From Dehalococcoidia bacterium (GTDB taxonomy: Bacteria; Chloroflexota; Dehalococcoidia; Lucifugimonadales; UBA3495): a stretch of 64,000 nucleotides of DNA. Shown one piece after another: positions 56,362-64,000 of this stretch. A program made the translations under genes and the position numbers. Every line of letters starts with the position of its first letter. Within the stretch, counting starts at the first letter, position 1. The stretch is from NCBI GenBank assembly GCA_034422355.1, contig DAOUJS010000146.1, positions 898 through 64,897 on the forward strand, written 5' to 3'. A model generated the notes under the pieces. The model saw nothing but the letters and a program-made list of their open reading frames with translations, had not been told where the DNA came from and searched no databases.

Positions 56362-57720
56362 TTGCAGCAGTCTTTGTTGGGATTTCTCGTTGTCGGACTG
56401 AACCACCGTAGCGCGCCCTTGGAAGTGCGCGAAAGGTTATCCCTTAACCCCGGCCAGATACCCGGCGCATTGGCAGCCATGGACCAATTCGGGGTTCCCG
56501 GCGCTATTATTTCCACATGCAACCGCTCCGAGTTTTACACTCTGGAGCCGAGTGGCCCTGTGGGCGCCGGACACTCCCAAGGACGGATCCTCAACAGCCG
56601 GGGCGGCCCCACCCCGGGTACGGAGCCGCATTCTCAGTGGGGAATCGGTGACCGACGATGCAGGGAATTCCTGGTCGACTACTTCGACATTCCACTGGTG
56701 GAAGTTGAGCGATACCTGTACTGCCACCGGGACCAGGACTGCATCAGACACCTGTTTCGCGTTGCTTCCAGCCTGGACTCCATGATTCAGGGTGAGGACC
56801 AGATCATAGGCCAGGTCCGGGAGTCCCTGGAAATCGCGTTGCACGCAGGGACCATCAAGGGCCCCCTGCTCCAGTTGTTCCAGCAGGCGCTCCGCGTGGG
56901 ACGGAAGGTGCGCCGGGAAACCGGAATCGGAAAGAACGCGCTCTCCGTCAGCCGCGCCTGCGTCGAGATGGCCAGGGGCACACTGGGAGACCTGAGTCAA
57001 CTCCAGGCGATGGTGGTAGGCGCAGGAGATGCCGCCGGGCTGGCTGCGAAAGTCCTGAACCTGTCCGGGGTCAGGGAAATAACCGTGACCAACCGCACCC
57101 ATGAACGTGCGCAGGAACTGGCAAGGAATCTTTCCGGCCGGGCGGTCCCGTTCAACTGTATGCAAGGAGCGCTCACGCAGGCCGACCTGGTAATTTCCTG
57201 CACCGGTTCTCCCGGCTACGTCCTGACTTCTGGGGCTGTAAAGTCTGCAATGGAGGCACGGCCGGACCGCCCGTTGTTCCTGCTGGACATAGCCGTTCCC
57301 CGGGACATTGACCCCGCTTCTGCAAACATCGGCAATGTGACCCTACATGACGTAGACGACCTGGACGCGATTTCCGACACATACCGGCTGGAGCGGACCG
57401 CCGAGGCAGGAGAGGCAGAGCAGGTCGTCGAGGAAGAGACCGGCAAGTTCGTCGATTGGTGCGCCGCTCAAAGGTCTCTGTCCACCGTCGTGGCGTTAAG
57501 GGAGCAGGCCGAACAGATGCGCCTGCACGAGATTCAGAAGACCGTTCGCAGAGCAGACCTGGAGTTCAACCCCGAGCAGATAGCCGCCTTGGACGCAATG
57601 ACCAAAGCGCTGGTCAAAAAGCTGCTACACGGTCCGACGGTCTACCTGAAGGACCACGGCGACTCCGTAGACTTGGGCTTGACCAGGGAAATGTTTCAGC
57701 TACCACAGGAAGACCCATAA
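56362..57720 (+). CDS. hemA: glutamyl-tRNA reductase
   Basis: VVGLNHRSAPLEVRE, STCNRSEFY, ASSLDSMIQGEDQIIGQV, VVGAGD. TTG start (56362, 56374 or 56377). Carries a ~27-aa insertion after the catalytic-Cys motif. Confidence 0.9.
   Translation: MQQSLLGFLVVGLNHRSAPLEVRERLSLNPGQIPGALAAMDQFGVPGAIISTCNRSEFYTLEPSGPVGAGHSQGRILNSRGGPTPGTEPHSQWGIGDRRCREFLVDYFDIPLVEVERYLYCHRDQDCIRHLFRVASSLDSMIQGEDQIIGQVRESLEIALHAGTIKGPLLQLFQQALRVGRKVRRETGIGKNALSVSRACVEMARGTLGDLSQLQAMVVGAGDAAGLAAKVLNLSGVREITVTNRTHERAQELARNLSGRAVPFNCMQGALTQADLVISCTGSPGYVLTSGAVKSAMEARPDRPLFLLDIAVPRDIDPASANIGNVTLHDVDDLDAISDTYRLERTAEAGEAEQVVEEETGKFVDWCAAQRSLSTVVALREQAEQMRLHEIQKTVRRADLEFNPEQIAALDAMTKALVKKLLHGPTVYLKDHGDSVDLGLTREMFQLPQEDP
56582..56637 (+). 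repeat. dispersed ~57-nt repeat, copy E, inside the hemA coding sequence
   Basis: GACGGATCCTCAACAGCCGGGGCGGCCCCACCCCGGGTACGGAGCCGCATTCTCAG. Same termini and length as the intergenic copies. Confidence 0.65.
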
Positions 57721-57786
57721 CGGCCCGGCCCTCTAGCTGCGGCAAACTGACCGACAAGTCTTGGAGCATCAACAAAGTCTCACACA

Positions 57787-58446
57787 GTGACCATGCCATC
57801 TCTAGTTGATAAATACGCCCTGCTCCCCAACGAGATCGACGACCTCAGCCTCCGCATGGTGGAAGACTCCCTGCCAGAGTCTCTCGATCTGACCGGCGGG
57901 GAACGCTACGTGGCGTGCCGCATCGTGCGCGCGGAAGGGGACCCTGACATCGCCTCTGACATCCGTTTCAGTCCCGGGTCCGTGGAGCGCGGACTCGATG
58001 CACTGAAGAATGGGGCTGATGTTGTCACCGACGTCCGCATGGTCCAGGTGGGCATATCCCGTGCATTGCTCAACCGTTACGGAGTTTCGACCCACTGCAT
58101 GATTGACACCCCGCAGACCCATGAAAGAGCGCGAAGGGAAGGCACGACCCGTTCCGTGGCGGCGGTCCGGGAGCTTGCCCCGCAGATGGAAGGCGCGGTG
58201 GTGGCCGTCGGCAATGCCCCAACCGCCCTGCTGGCCCTTCTGGATCTAATCAGGAACGGCGAGGTATCCCCGGCCCTCGTCATAGGGATGCCTGTGGGCT
58301 TCGTCGCTTGCGCCGAGTCCAAGGACGAGCTAATCGCAACCGACGTCCCGTATATGACCATCGTCGGGCGCAGGGGCGGCAGCTCTGCCGCCGCCGCAAC
58401 GGTAAACGCACTGCTGGGACTGATGTCCCATGGAGCAACGTCATGA
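57787..58446 (+). CDS. cbiC: precorrin-8X / cobalt-precorrin-8 methylmutase
   Basis: VVAVGNAPTALLALL, ALVIGMPVGFV..ESK. Confidence 0.9.
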   Translation: MTMPSLVDKYALLPNEIDDLSLRMVEDSLPESLDLTGGERYVACRIVRAEGDPDIASDIRFSPGSVERGLDALKNGADVVTDVRMVQVGISRALLNRYGVSTHCMIDTPQTHERARREGTTRSVAAVRELAPQMEGAVVAVGNAPTALLALLDLIRNGEVSPALVIGMPVGFVACAESKDELIATDVPYMTIVGRRGGSSAAAATVNALLGLMSHGATS

Positions 58447-59357
58447 CCCAAGTGAATCGTCCCGACTCCAGGGCGGACAATAATAGTCCCCGCGGCCCCT
58501 GGGGTGTGGTGCTGGTTGCCCACGGCAGCCAGCGGGGGGCCACGTCCGCCGAATGTTCCTGCTCCTGGGGCATTCCGGAGTCGGAAACGCCGGAGTGGTG
58601 CCTTCATTGCCCCAACACTCCCAAAGGACTCAACGACGCCACCGTCCGGCTCCAGGAAGCGCTGGGAGAGGACCGGGCCAGGGTGCAGCTCTCCTGCCTG
58701 GAGTTCATAGAACCCCGGCCGGACCAGACGATTCAGGATATGGCCGCCCAGGGATTGCAACGGGTAGTAGTTATGCCCTACCTGCTTGGCCAGGGAAAGC
58801 ACGTTACCCTGGAAATGGACGAAGTGCTGGATGAGGTGAGGGGCGACCTGCCGGGCGTGGACCTTCATCTGGCCGATGTGCTCGGACCAGACCAGCGGAT
58901 GGCCGATGTGGTGGTGGAACGGGTCCTGTCTCTGGACAGCCCGCCCCCGTCCGAATCGCATACGACAGGAGTTCTGATAGTTAAGGCCGGCACCAAGAAC
59001 CAGTACGACGATTGCATCTGGCTCCACGAGTTGGGCAGTATCGTGGAGTCAGACTTGGGCGAGGGCTACGCCGTGGCCGTAGCCCAGTCCCACTACGGAG
59101 ACCCTACCGTAGAAACAGGTGCAGCCCAACTCGTGGACGACCGTGGGGTATCCCGCATAGTCGTCGTTCCGTATGTCTTCTTCCCCGGCCTGATCCTGAA
59201 GCGAAACGTGCTGGGAGGGTTGGACAGGCTGAGCGCCAAGTATCCGCATATCTTCATGGCCGTTACCCCCCCGTTGGGCACCGACGAAAGAGTGGTCCAG
59301 GTGGCAGCCGACCGCGTCCGCCAGGTGTGGGACCGGGCCGGGCAGCACAGTCACTAG
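58443..59357 (+). CDS. cbiX: two-domain sirohydrochlorin cobaltochelatase CbiX
   Basis: VVLVAHGSQRG..., VVVMPYLLGQGKH, second half VVVPYVFFPGLI. ATGA overlap with cbiC. Has a Cys-rich insertion. Confidence 0.82.
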   Translation: MTQVNRPDSRADNNSPRGPWGVVLVAHGSQRGATSAECSCSWGIPESETPEWCLHCPNTPKGLNDATVRLQEALGEDRARVQLSCLEFIEPRPDQTIQDMAAQGLQRVVVMPYLLGQGKHVTLEMDEVLDEVRGDLPGVDLHLADVLGPDQRMADVVVERVLSLDSPPPSESHTTGVLIVKAGTKNQYDDCIWLHELGSIVESDLGEGYAVAVAQSHYGDPTVETGAAQLVDDRGVSRIVVVPYVFFPGLILKRNVLGGLDRLSAKYPHIFMAVTPPLGTDERVVQVAADRVRQVWDRAGQHSH

Positions 59358-59383
59358 AGCAACTGCAGAAGCAAGAGTCCAAG

Positions 59384-60583
59384 ATGACCGAACAGTCCAA
59401 CAGCCAGACCCATGGCGAAAGCGACTACAGCCGCCAGACGGTGCGCCGGCGCGGGATGCGCACCGGGTACACCACCGGGTCCACCGCCGCGGCTGCAACC
59501 AAGGCCGCTGCACTGACCTTGCTGACCGGAAACGAGACCCGTGACGTCACCATATCCCTGCCGGTGGGGCGGGATGCAGAATTCTCGGCACACAGGAGCG
59601 AGATCTCGGCAGACGGCGGCAGAGTAACCTGTGCCGTTCTCAAGGACGGGGGAGACGACCCGGACGTGACCCACGGAGCGGAGATTTGCGCCACGGTCTC
59701 CCTTGAGCCCAGCGGCACGGTGGGCGACCCGGTACGCGGAGGCGTGGGCGTCGGCACCGTCACCCGTCCGGGCACCGGCATCCCGGTGGGAGACCCGGCG
59801 ATAACACGAGTGCCCAAGCGCATGATTCTCCAGTCGTTGGAGGACGCCGCTGCACTATGCGGCCTGCCCGACGGGATGGAGTTGGCCGTCGAGATCTCGG
59901 TGCCTGACGGAGTGGAAATAGCCAAGAAGACCACCAACAGCCGTCTGGGAATCCTGGATGGCATCTCCATACTGGGAAGCACCGGCGTGGTGCAGCCCTA
60001 TTCCACCGCCGCGTGGCGGGCCAGCGTCCATCTCGCCATCGACGTGGCGGCGGCCAACGACCTGTCTCACCTGGTGCTGACCACCGGCACGCGCAGCGAG
60101 GCGTTCGCCAAGCAGCGCCTCGACCTGCCGGACATGGCGTACATCGAAGCAGGGATTTTCAGCGGACATTCGATGAAGCGATGCGTCATGCGGCAGGTGG
60201 GCCGCGCGACCCACGCCGGCATGGTGGGCAAATTCTCCAAAATGGCGATGGGCTACTTCGTCACCCACGTCGCGGGCAACCAGGTGGACACGTCATTTCT
60301 TGCCAGGCTTGCCGCCGAATGCGGCGCTTCTCCCAAGGTGCAGGAAGAGATGGCCGGAGCCGCCAGCGCCCGCCACTTCCAGGAAATCGCCCAGGAAAAC
60401 TCGCTCCTTTCGGTGTTTCCCCTGATGTGCCAGCGTGTCTGCGAGCAAAGTCAGAAGTATCTGGGGGACGACTCCGAGTCCCTGGTCATAGATGCCCTTT
60501 GTTTCGACTTCGACGGCACCCTGCTGGGGTCTGCATCCACGTCCCCGGACGGCATCCCGCTCCTTCCCGACCCCGGAGCCTAG
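59384..60583 (+). CDS. cbiD: cobalt-precorrin-5B (C1)-methyltransferase
   Basis: GMRTGYTTGSTAAAATKAA, GGDDPDVTHG, GILGSTGVVQPYS. Confidence 0.92.
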   Translation: MTEQSNSQTHGESDYSRQTVRRRGMRTGYTTGSTAAAATKAAALTLLTGNETRDVTISLPVGRDAEFSAHRSEISADGGRVTCAVLKDGGDDPDVTHGAEICATVSLEPSGTVGDPVRGGVGVGTVTRPGTGIPVGDPAITRVPKRMILQSLEDAAALCGLPDGMELAVEISVPDGVEIAKKTTNSRLGILDGISILGSTGVVQPYSTAAWRASVHLAIDVAAANDLSHLVLTTGTRSEAFAKQRLDLPDMAYIEAGIFSGHSMKRCVMRQVGRATHAGMVGKFSKMAMGYFVTHVAGNQVDTSFLARLAAECGASPKVQEEMAGAASARHFQEIAQENSLLSVFPLMCQRVCEQSQKYLGDDSESLVIDALCFDFDGTLLGSASTSPDGIPLLPDPGA

Positions 60584-60587
60584 TCTC

Positions 60588-61202
60588 ATGGTTGAGACCC
60601 GCAATTCTACTGCGTATAGGCCACTGGGTCTCTCTGACGAGGACTTCGAGCAGCGCCGTCCTCTCAGAGGCCAGATCACCAAGCGGGAAGTGCGGGCCAT
60701 GACCCTTTATTCCCTGGGTCTGAGACCGGACAGCATCGTCTGGGACATTGGCGCGGGCACAGGGTCCGTCTCGGTGGAAGCCGGGCTGATCGCCTGCCAG
60801 GGAAGGGTCTACGCCATCGAACGGGATGAACAGAGCATCCCCCTTCTGCAACACAACCTGGACCGGTGGGGCGGCGGCAATGTGTCCATCGTGCCGGGAG
60901 AGGCTCCGGAGGCGCTGGCCCAGTTACCAGACCCGGACTCAGTATTCGTGGGCGGCAGCGGCGGCAACCTGGAGGGAATCCTGGATGTTGTGGGGCAGCG
61001 CATCTCCCGCGCAGGCAACATCGTAGCCAACCTGGCCGCCCTGGAACGCACCCAGGAGGTCTACCGGCGACTCAGTGACATGGGGTTCGCAACCGATCTG
61101 GTTATGGTAAGCGCAGCGCGGGGAAAGCAACTGCCGGACGGCACTCTCCGCCTGGAGTCACTGAACCCTGTATTCATCGTGACGGCCAGGCGGGAGGAGT
61201 AG
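60588..61202 (+). CDS. cbiT: cobalt-precorrin-6B (C15)-methyltransferase, decarboxylating
   Basis: ITKREVRAMTLYSLGLRPDSIVWDIGAGTGSVSVEA. Confidence 0.88.
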   Translation: MVETRNSTAYRPLGLSDEDFEQRRPLRGQITKREVRAMTLYSLGLRPDSIVWDIGAGTGSVSVEAGLIACQGRVYAIERDEQSIPLLQHNLDRWGGGNVSIVPGEAPEALAQLPDPDSVFVGGSGGNLEGILDVVGQRISRAGNIVANLAALERTQEVYRRLSDMGFATDLVMVSAARGKQLPDGTLRLESLNPVFIVTARREE

Positions 61203-61206
61203 TGGA

Positions 61207-61932
61207 ATGAGCGTTGGAGAGTCCACCGCCAGGTTTGGCTGCCTGTATGGGGTTGGGGTCGGACCCGGCGACCCGGAGTTGGTCACGCTCAAGGCAATGC
61301 GGGTGCTTCAGGAAGTCCCGGTCATTTGCGTCCCTCAGGCTGAGACCAGCCGGGACAGCTACGCGCTGGAAATCGTCAAGAGCTATCTTGACGAGGACAA
61401 GCAGGAAATCCTGCGCCTTACCTTCCCGACCGATGACGAGGAAGCGGCGGGCGCGGTGTGGCGGGGAGCGGCTAATTCGGTTGGGGAGCGGCTCGCCAAG
61501 TCCCAGGACGTCGCTTTCATCACCGAAGGCGACCCAATGCTGTACAGCACGTTCTCCTATGTTCTAGACGCAGTCTGCCAAAACTTCCCGGAGGCCCAGG
61601 TAGAGATCATCCCCGGCGTTTCCTCGGTAATGGCGGCGGCGGCCAGCGCCGGTGTTCCCCTGGTCACCCACGGGCAGAGGCTGGCTATCCTGCCGGCGGT
61701 CTATGGCATCGACGACCTTTCCGAGGCCATCGCCAACTACGACACTATCGTTCTGATGAAAGTGAACCGGACGCTGCTGCAAGCCCTGGCCAACCTGGAG
61801 CAACTGGGGCTGGCGGGAAAGGGCATTTACGTACGCAGGGCTTCCACTGCCAGAGAAGAAGTCGTCCGGGACCTGCGCCGCCTGTCCTCCGAGGACTTGG
61901 ACTACTTCTCCCTTCTCATCATCAAGAGGTAA
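61207..61932 (+). CDS. cbiL: cobalt-factor II / precorrin-2 C20-methyltransferase
   Basis: LYGVGVGPGDPELVTLKA..., FITEGDPMLYSTF, IPGVSS. Confidence 0.9.
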   Translation: MSVGESTARFGCLYGVGVGPGDPELVTLKAMRVLQEVPVICVPQAETSRDSYALEIVKSYLDEDKQEILRLTFPTDDEEAAGAVWRGAANSVGERLAKSQDVAFITEGDPMLYSTFSYVLDAVCQNFPEAQVEIIPGVSSVMAAAASAGVPLVTHGQRLAILPAVYGIDDLSEAIANYDTIVLMKVNRTLLQALANLEQLGLAGKGIYVRRASTAREEVVRDLRRLSSEDLDYFSLLIIKR

Positions 61933-61937
61933 CGAGT

Positions 61938-62747
61938 ATGACTATCACGACCGGCAAGGTCTACATCGTGGGCGGCGGCCCCGGCGACCCGGAACTGCTG
62001 ACCCTGAAAGCCAAGTCCGTGATCGAATCGGCAGACGTGATTATCTACGCCGACTCGCTAGTCCACCCCTCCATCGTCGATTTCGCCAAGCCGGGAGCGG
62101 ATGTCTACGGCAGCAAGACCTTGAGCCTGCCCGAGATAATGGACCTGACTCTCAAGTCAGTCCGGGAGGGGAAAACCGTTGCCCGGGTCCAGAGCGGCGA
62201 TCCCTCCATCTATGGCGCGGTCCTGGAGCAGATGCGAGTCCTTGAGGCGGAAGGGGTTGACTTCGAGATCATACCCGGAGTGAGCGCAGCCTTCGCCGCT
62301 GCCGCCCGCCTGAAGACCGAGCTGACAGTCCCCGACGTTTCCCAGACAGTGATCATGACCAGGTTCGAGGGGCGAGTGCCAATGCCCGCCGGAGAGCAAC
62401 TCAAGGACCTGGCTGCCCACGGCTGTACCTTGGTCATTTTCCTGAGCATCACCCGGATGTTCACTATCGTCCGCCAGCTTCTGGAGGCCGGGTACAGCGA
62501 GGATACCCCGGTGGCGGTGGTCTACCGGGTGGGCTGGCCCGATGAGCAGATCATCCGGGGAGACCTGACGGACATCGTGGTCAAAGTCCGGGAAGCGAAA
62601 ATCACGCTCCAGGCCATGATCATGGTGGGGAAGGCTTTCGACCCCGGACTGCTCAAGACCGAACCGGGCGCGGAAAACGGCTTCTCCTCCTCCCACCTTT
62701 ACTCCAGCGACTACACCCATCTCTACCGCCGCGCCCAGGCAGGATAG
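61938..62747 (+). CDS. cbiF: cobalt-precorrin-4 / precorrin-4 C11-methyltransferase
   Basis: KVYIVGGGPGDPELLTLKA, VARVQSGDPSIYGA, IPGVSA. Confidence 0.93.
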   Translation: MTITTGKVYIVGGGPGDPELLTLKAKSVIESADVIIYADSLVHPSIVDFAKPGADVYGSKTLSLPEIMDLTLKSVREGKTVARVQSGDPSIYGAVLEQMRVLEAEGVDFEIIPGVSAAFAAAARLKTELTVPDVSQTVIMTRFEGRVPMPAGEQLKDLAAHGCTLVIFLSITRMFTIVRQLLEAGYSEDTPVAVVYRVGWPDEQIIRGDLTDIVVKVREAKITLQAMIMVGKAFDPGLLKTEPGAENGFSSSHLYSSDYTHLYRRAQAG

Positions 62748-62802
62748 TCCTAAACAGCGCTACTATGGCTACCAAAGCGCCCATAGCGCAGAGTGTCCCG
62801 CG

Positions 62803-63948
62803 ATGAGCCACATAGCCGTAGTTGCCATATCCCGAAACGGTGCGCGTCTCGGACGGGGTCTCTCCGCTGCCCTTGCTCCCGACGCCGCCTTTTTCGTTGA
62901 CCGGCGGTTCATGCTCCACGGGGACAATGGGCATCCCTTCGACCTCCCGGCCAGGCCCGTGGTCCAGCAGGCATTCCGGGGCTACGAGTCCCTGGTCTTG
63001 ATCATGCCGGTGGGGGCAGCGATACGCTTGTTGGCGCCCATGTTGGTCCACAAGCACCACGACGCCGGGGTGGTCTGCGTAGATGACGCCGGAACTTTCG
63101 CGGTCAGCCTGCTCTCCGGCCATTTCGGAGGCGCGGACCGGTTGACCCGGCGGGTCGCCGCGATCATTGGCGCGACTCCCGTCATCACTTCGGCATCCCA
63201 CACCGGCGGAACACTCGCCGTTGACTTGCTGGGCGAGGATATGGGCTGGACGTTGGAGGCCGACTCGACCACCGTTACCAGGTCCAGCGCCGCCGTGGTG
63301 AACGGCGACCCGGTTGGAGTCTACCAGTGCGCCGGAGAACGCGACTGGTGGCAGCCGGGCTCACCTCTGCCGGCGAACATTCACCTCTTCGCCAGCCTGG
63401 AAGAACTTGCCTCGTCTCAATGCGCCGCCGCCCTGGTAATCAGCGATCAGGTCTGCCCCTCTCCCACGTCCCGCAGTGGATACGCCGAATCACTGCCGGG
63501 CAAGGCGGCGGTCGTCTACCGTCCCAAGAGCCTGGTAGTAGGAATGGGTTGCCGCCGGGGTGTGCCGCTGGATGAACTGGAGGCGCTGCTGGACGAAACA
63601 CTGGAGCAGAACAACCTCGCCAGGGCCAGCGTCCGCTGCATCGCCACTGCCGAAATCAAGAGGGACGAAGTGGGCATCTTGCTTCTTGCAGAGAAGCTGG
63701 GAGTAAGTTTAGAGTGCTACAGTGTTGAGGACCTGAACTCCATATTCGAGACTGAGGACACTCCGGAGCCTGCAAGCGTTCCCGGCAGACTTCGGCCCAC
63801 CCCTTCACCTGTAGCGCACAGACTGCTGGGCGTGTGGGGAGTTTCCGAACCAGCAGCCCTGTTGGCTTCAGGGTCTCAAGGCTTACTCGTCACCCGGCAA
63901 AAGACCACCAGGGCCACAATTGCCGTGGCGCGCATCCCGTTTCCATGA
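62803..63948 (+). CDS. cbiG: cobalt-precorrin-5A hydrolase CbiG
   Basis: Three-part CbiG architecture (AVVAISRNG..., VCVDDAG.FAVSLLSGHFGGA, C-terminal VVGMGCRRG...IATAEIK). Confidence 0.88.
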   Translation: MSHIAVVAISRNGARLGRGLSAALAPDAAFFVDRRFMLHGDNGHPFDLPARPVVQQAFRGYESLVLIMPVGAAIRLLAPMLVHKHHDAGVVCVDDAGTFAVSLLSGHFGGADRLTRRVAAIIGATPVITSASHTGGTLAVDLLGEDMGWTLEADSTTVTRSSAAVVNGDPVGVYQCAGERDWWQPGSPLPANIHLFASLEELASSQCAAALVISDQVCPSPTSRSGYAESLPGKAAVVYRPKSLVVGMGCRRGVPLDELEALLDETLEQNNLARASVRCIATAEIKRDEVGILLLAEKLGVSLECYSVEDLNSIFETEDTPEPASVPGRLRPTPSPVAHRLLGVWGVSEPAALLASGSQGLLVTRQKTTRATIAVARIPFP

Positions 63949-64000
63949 CCGTTGCCGCAGTCACACCCCGCCCCAGCGATGACAGGATTTTCCGCAATAC
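63945..64000 (+). CDS. start of the next gene in the cbi cluster (identity not determinable, 3' end outside window)
   Basis: ATGA overlap with the cbiG stop. Only 18 codons are visible (MTVAAVTPRPSDDRIFRN). Confidence 0.3.
   Translation, partial: MTVAAVTPRPSDDRIFRN

Overview
High-GC bacterial chromosomal segment, densely coded on both strands, with a few visibly AT-richer patches. Housekeeping blocks: hspR-grpE-dnaK, dnaJ-prmA, recA-recX, rny-ymdB, alaS-ruvX-tRNA-Gln, trpS and ribH. Between them sit many catabolic and redox paralogues: four LLM-class flavin oxidoreductases, an SDR, a crotonase, a CaiB-type CoA-transferase, a nitroreductase, two MFS transporters and two sulfite-oxidase-family Mo enzymes. 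There is also an inositol-lipid operon (ino1-GT4-CDP-alcohol transferase), a MoxR-DUF58-DUF4129 operon next to a kinase/PP2C pair, and the start of an early-cobalt-insertion cobalamin cluster (hemA, cbiC, cbiX, cbiD, cbiT, cbiL, cbiF, cbiG). By inference only, the gene content resembles a Chloroflexota (SAR202-like) genome. No CRISPR array, transposase, integrase or classical defence island was seen. Main signals not explained by ordinary annotation: (1) a dispersed ~57-nt repeat family with at least 7 copies, one of them in-frame inside hemA; (2) selD carries an in-frame UGA (selenocysteine) with a SECIS-like hairpin, so the ORF track truncates it; (3) a TTGACA-N7-TGTCAA palindrome that supplies the -35 box for two overlapping divergent promoters at the heat-shock operon (HAIR-like HspR operator candidate); (4) a small AT-rich islet beside tRNA-Gln encoding a membrane protein and an unlisted 46-aa peptide with nine consecutive prolines. 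Many long ORFs in the track are antisense shadows of real genes and are not reported as features.
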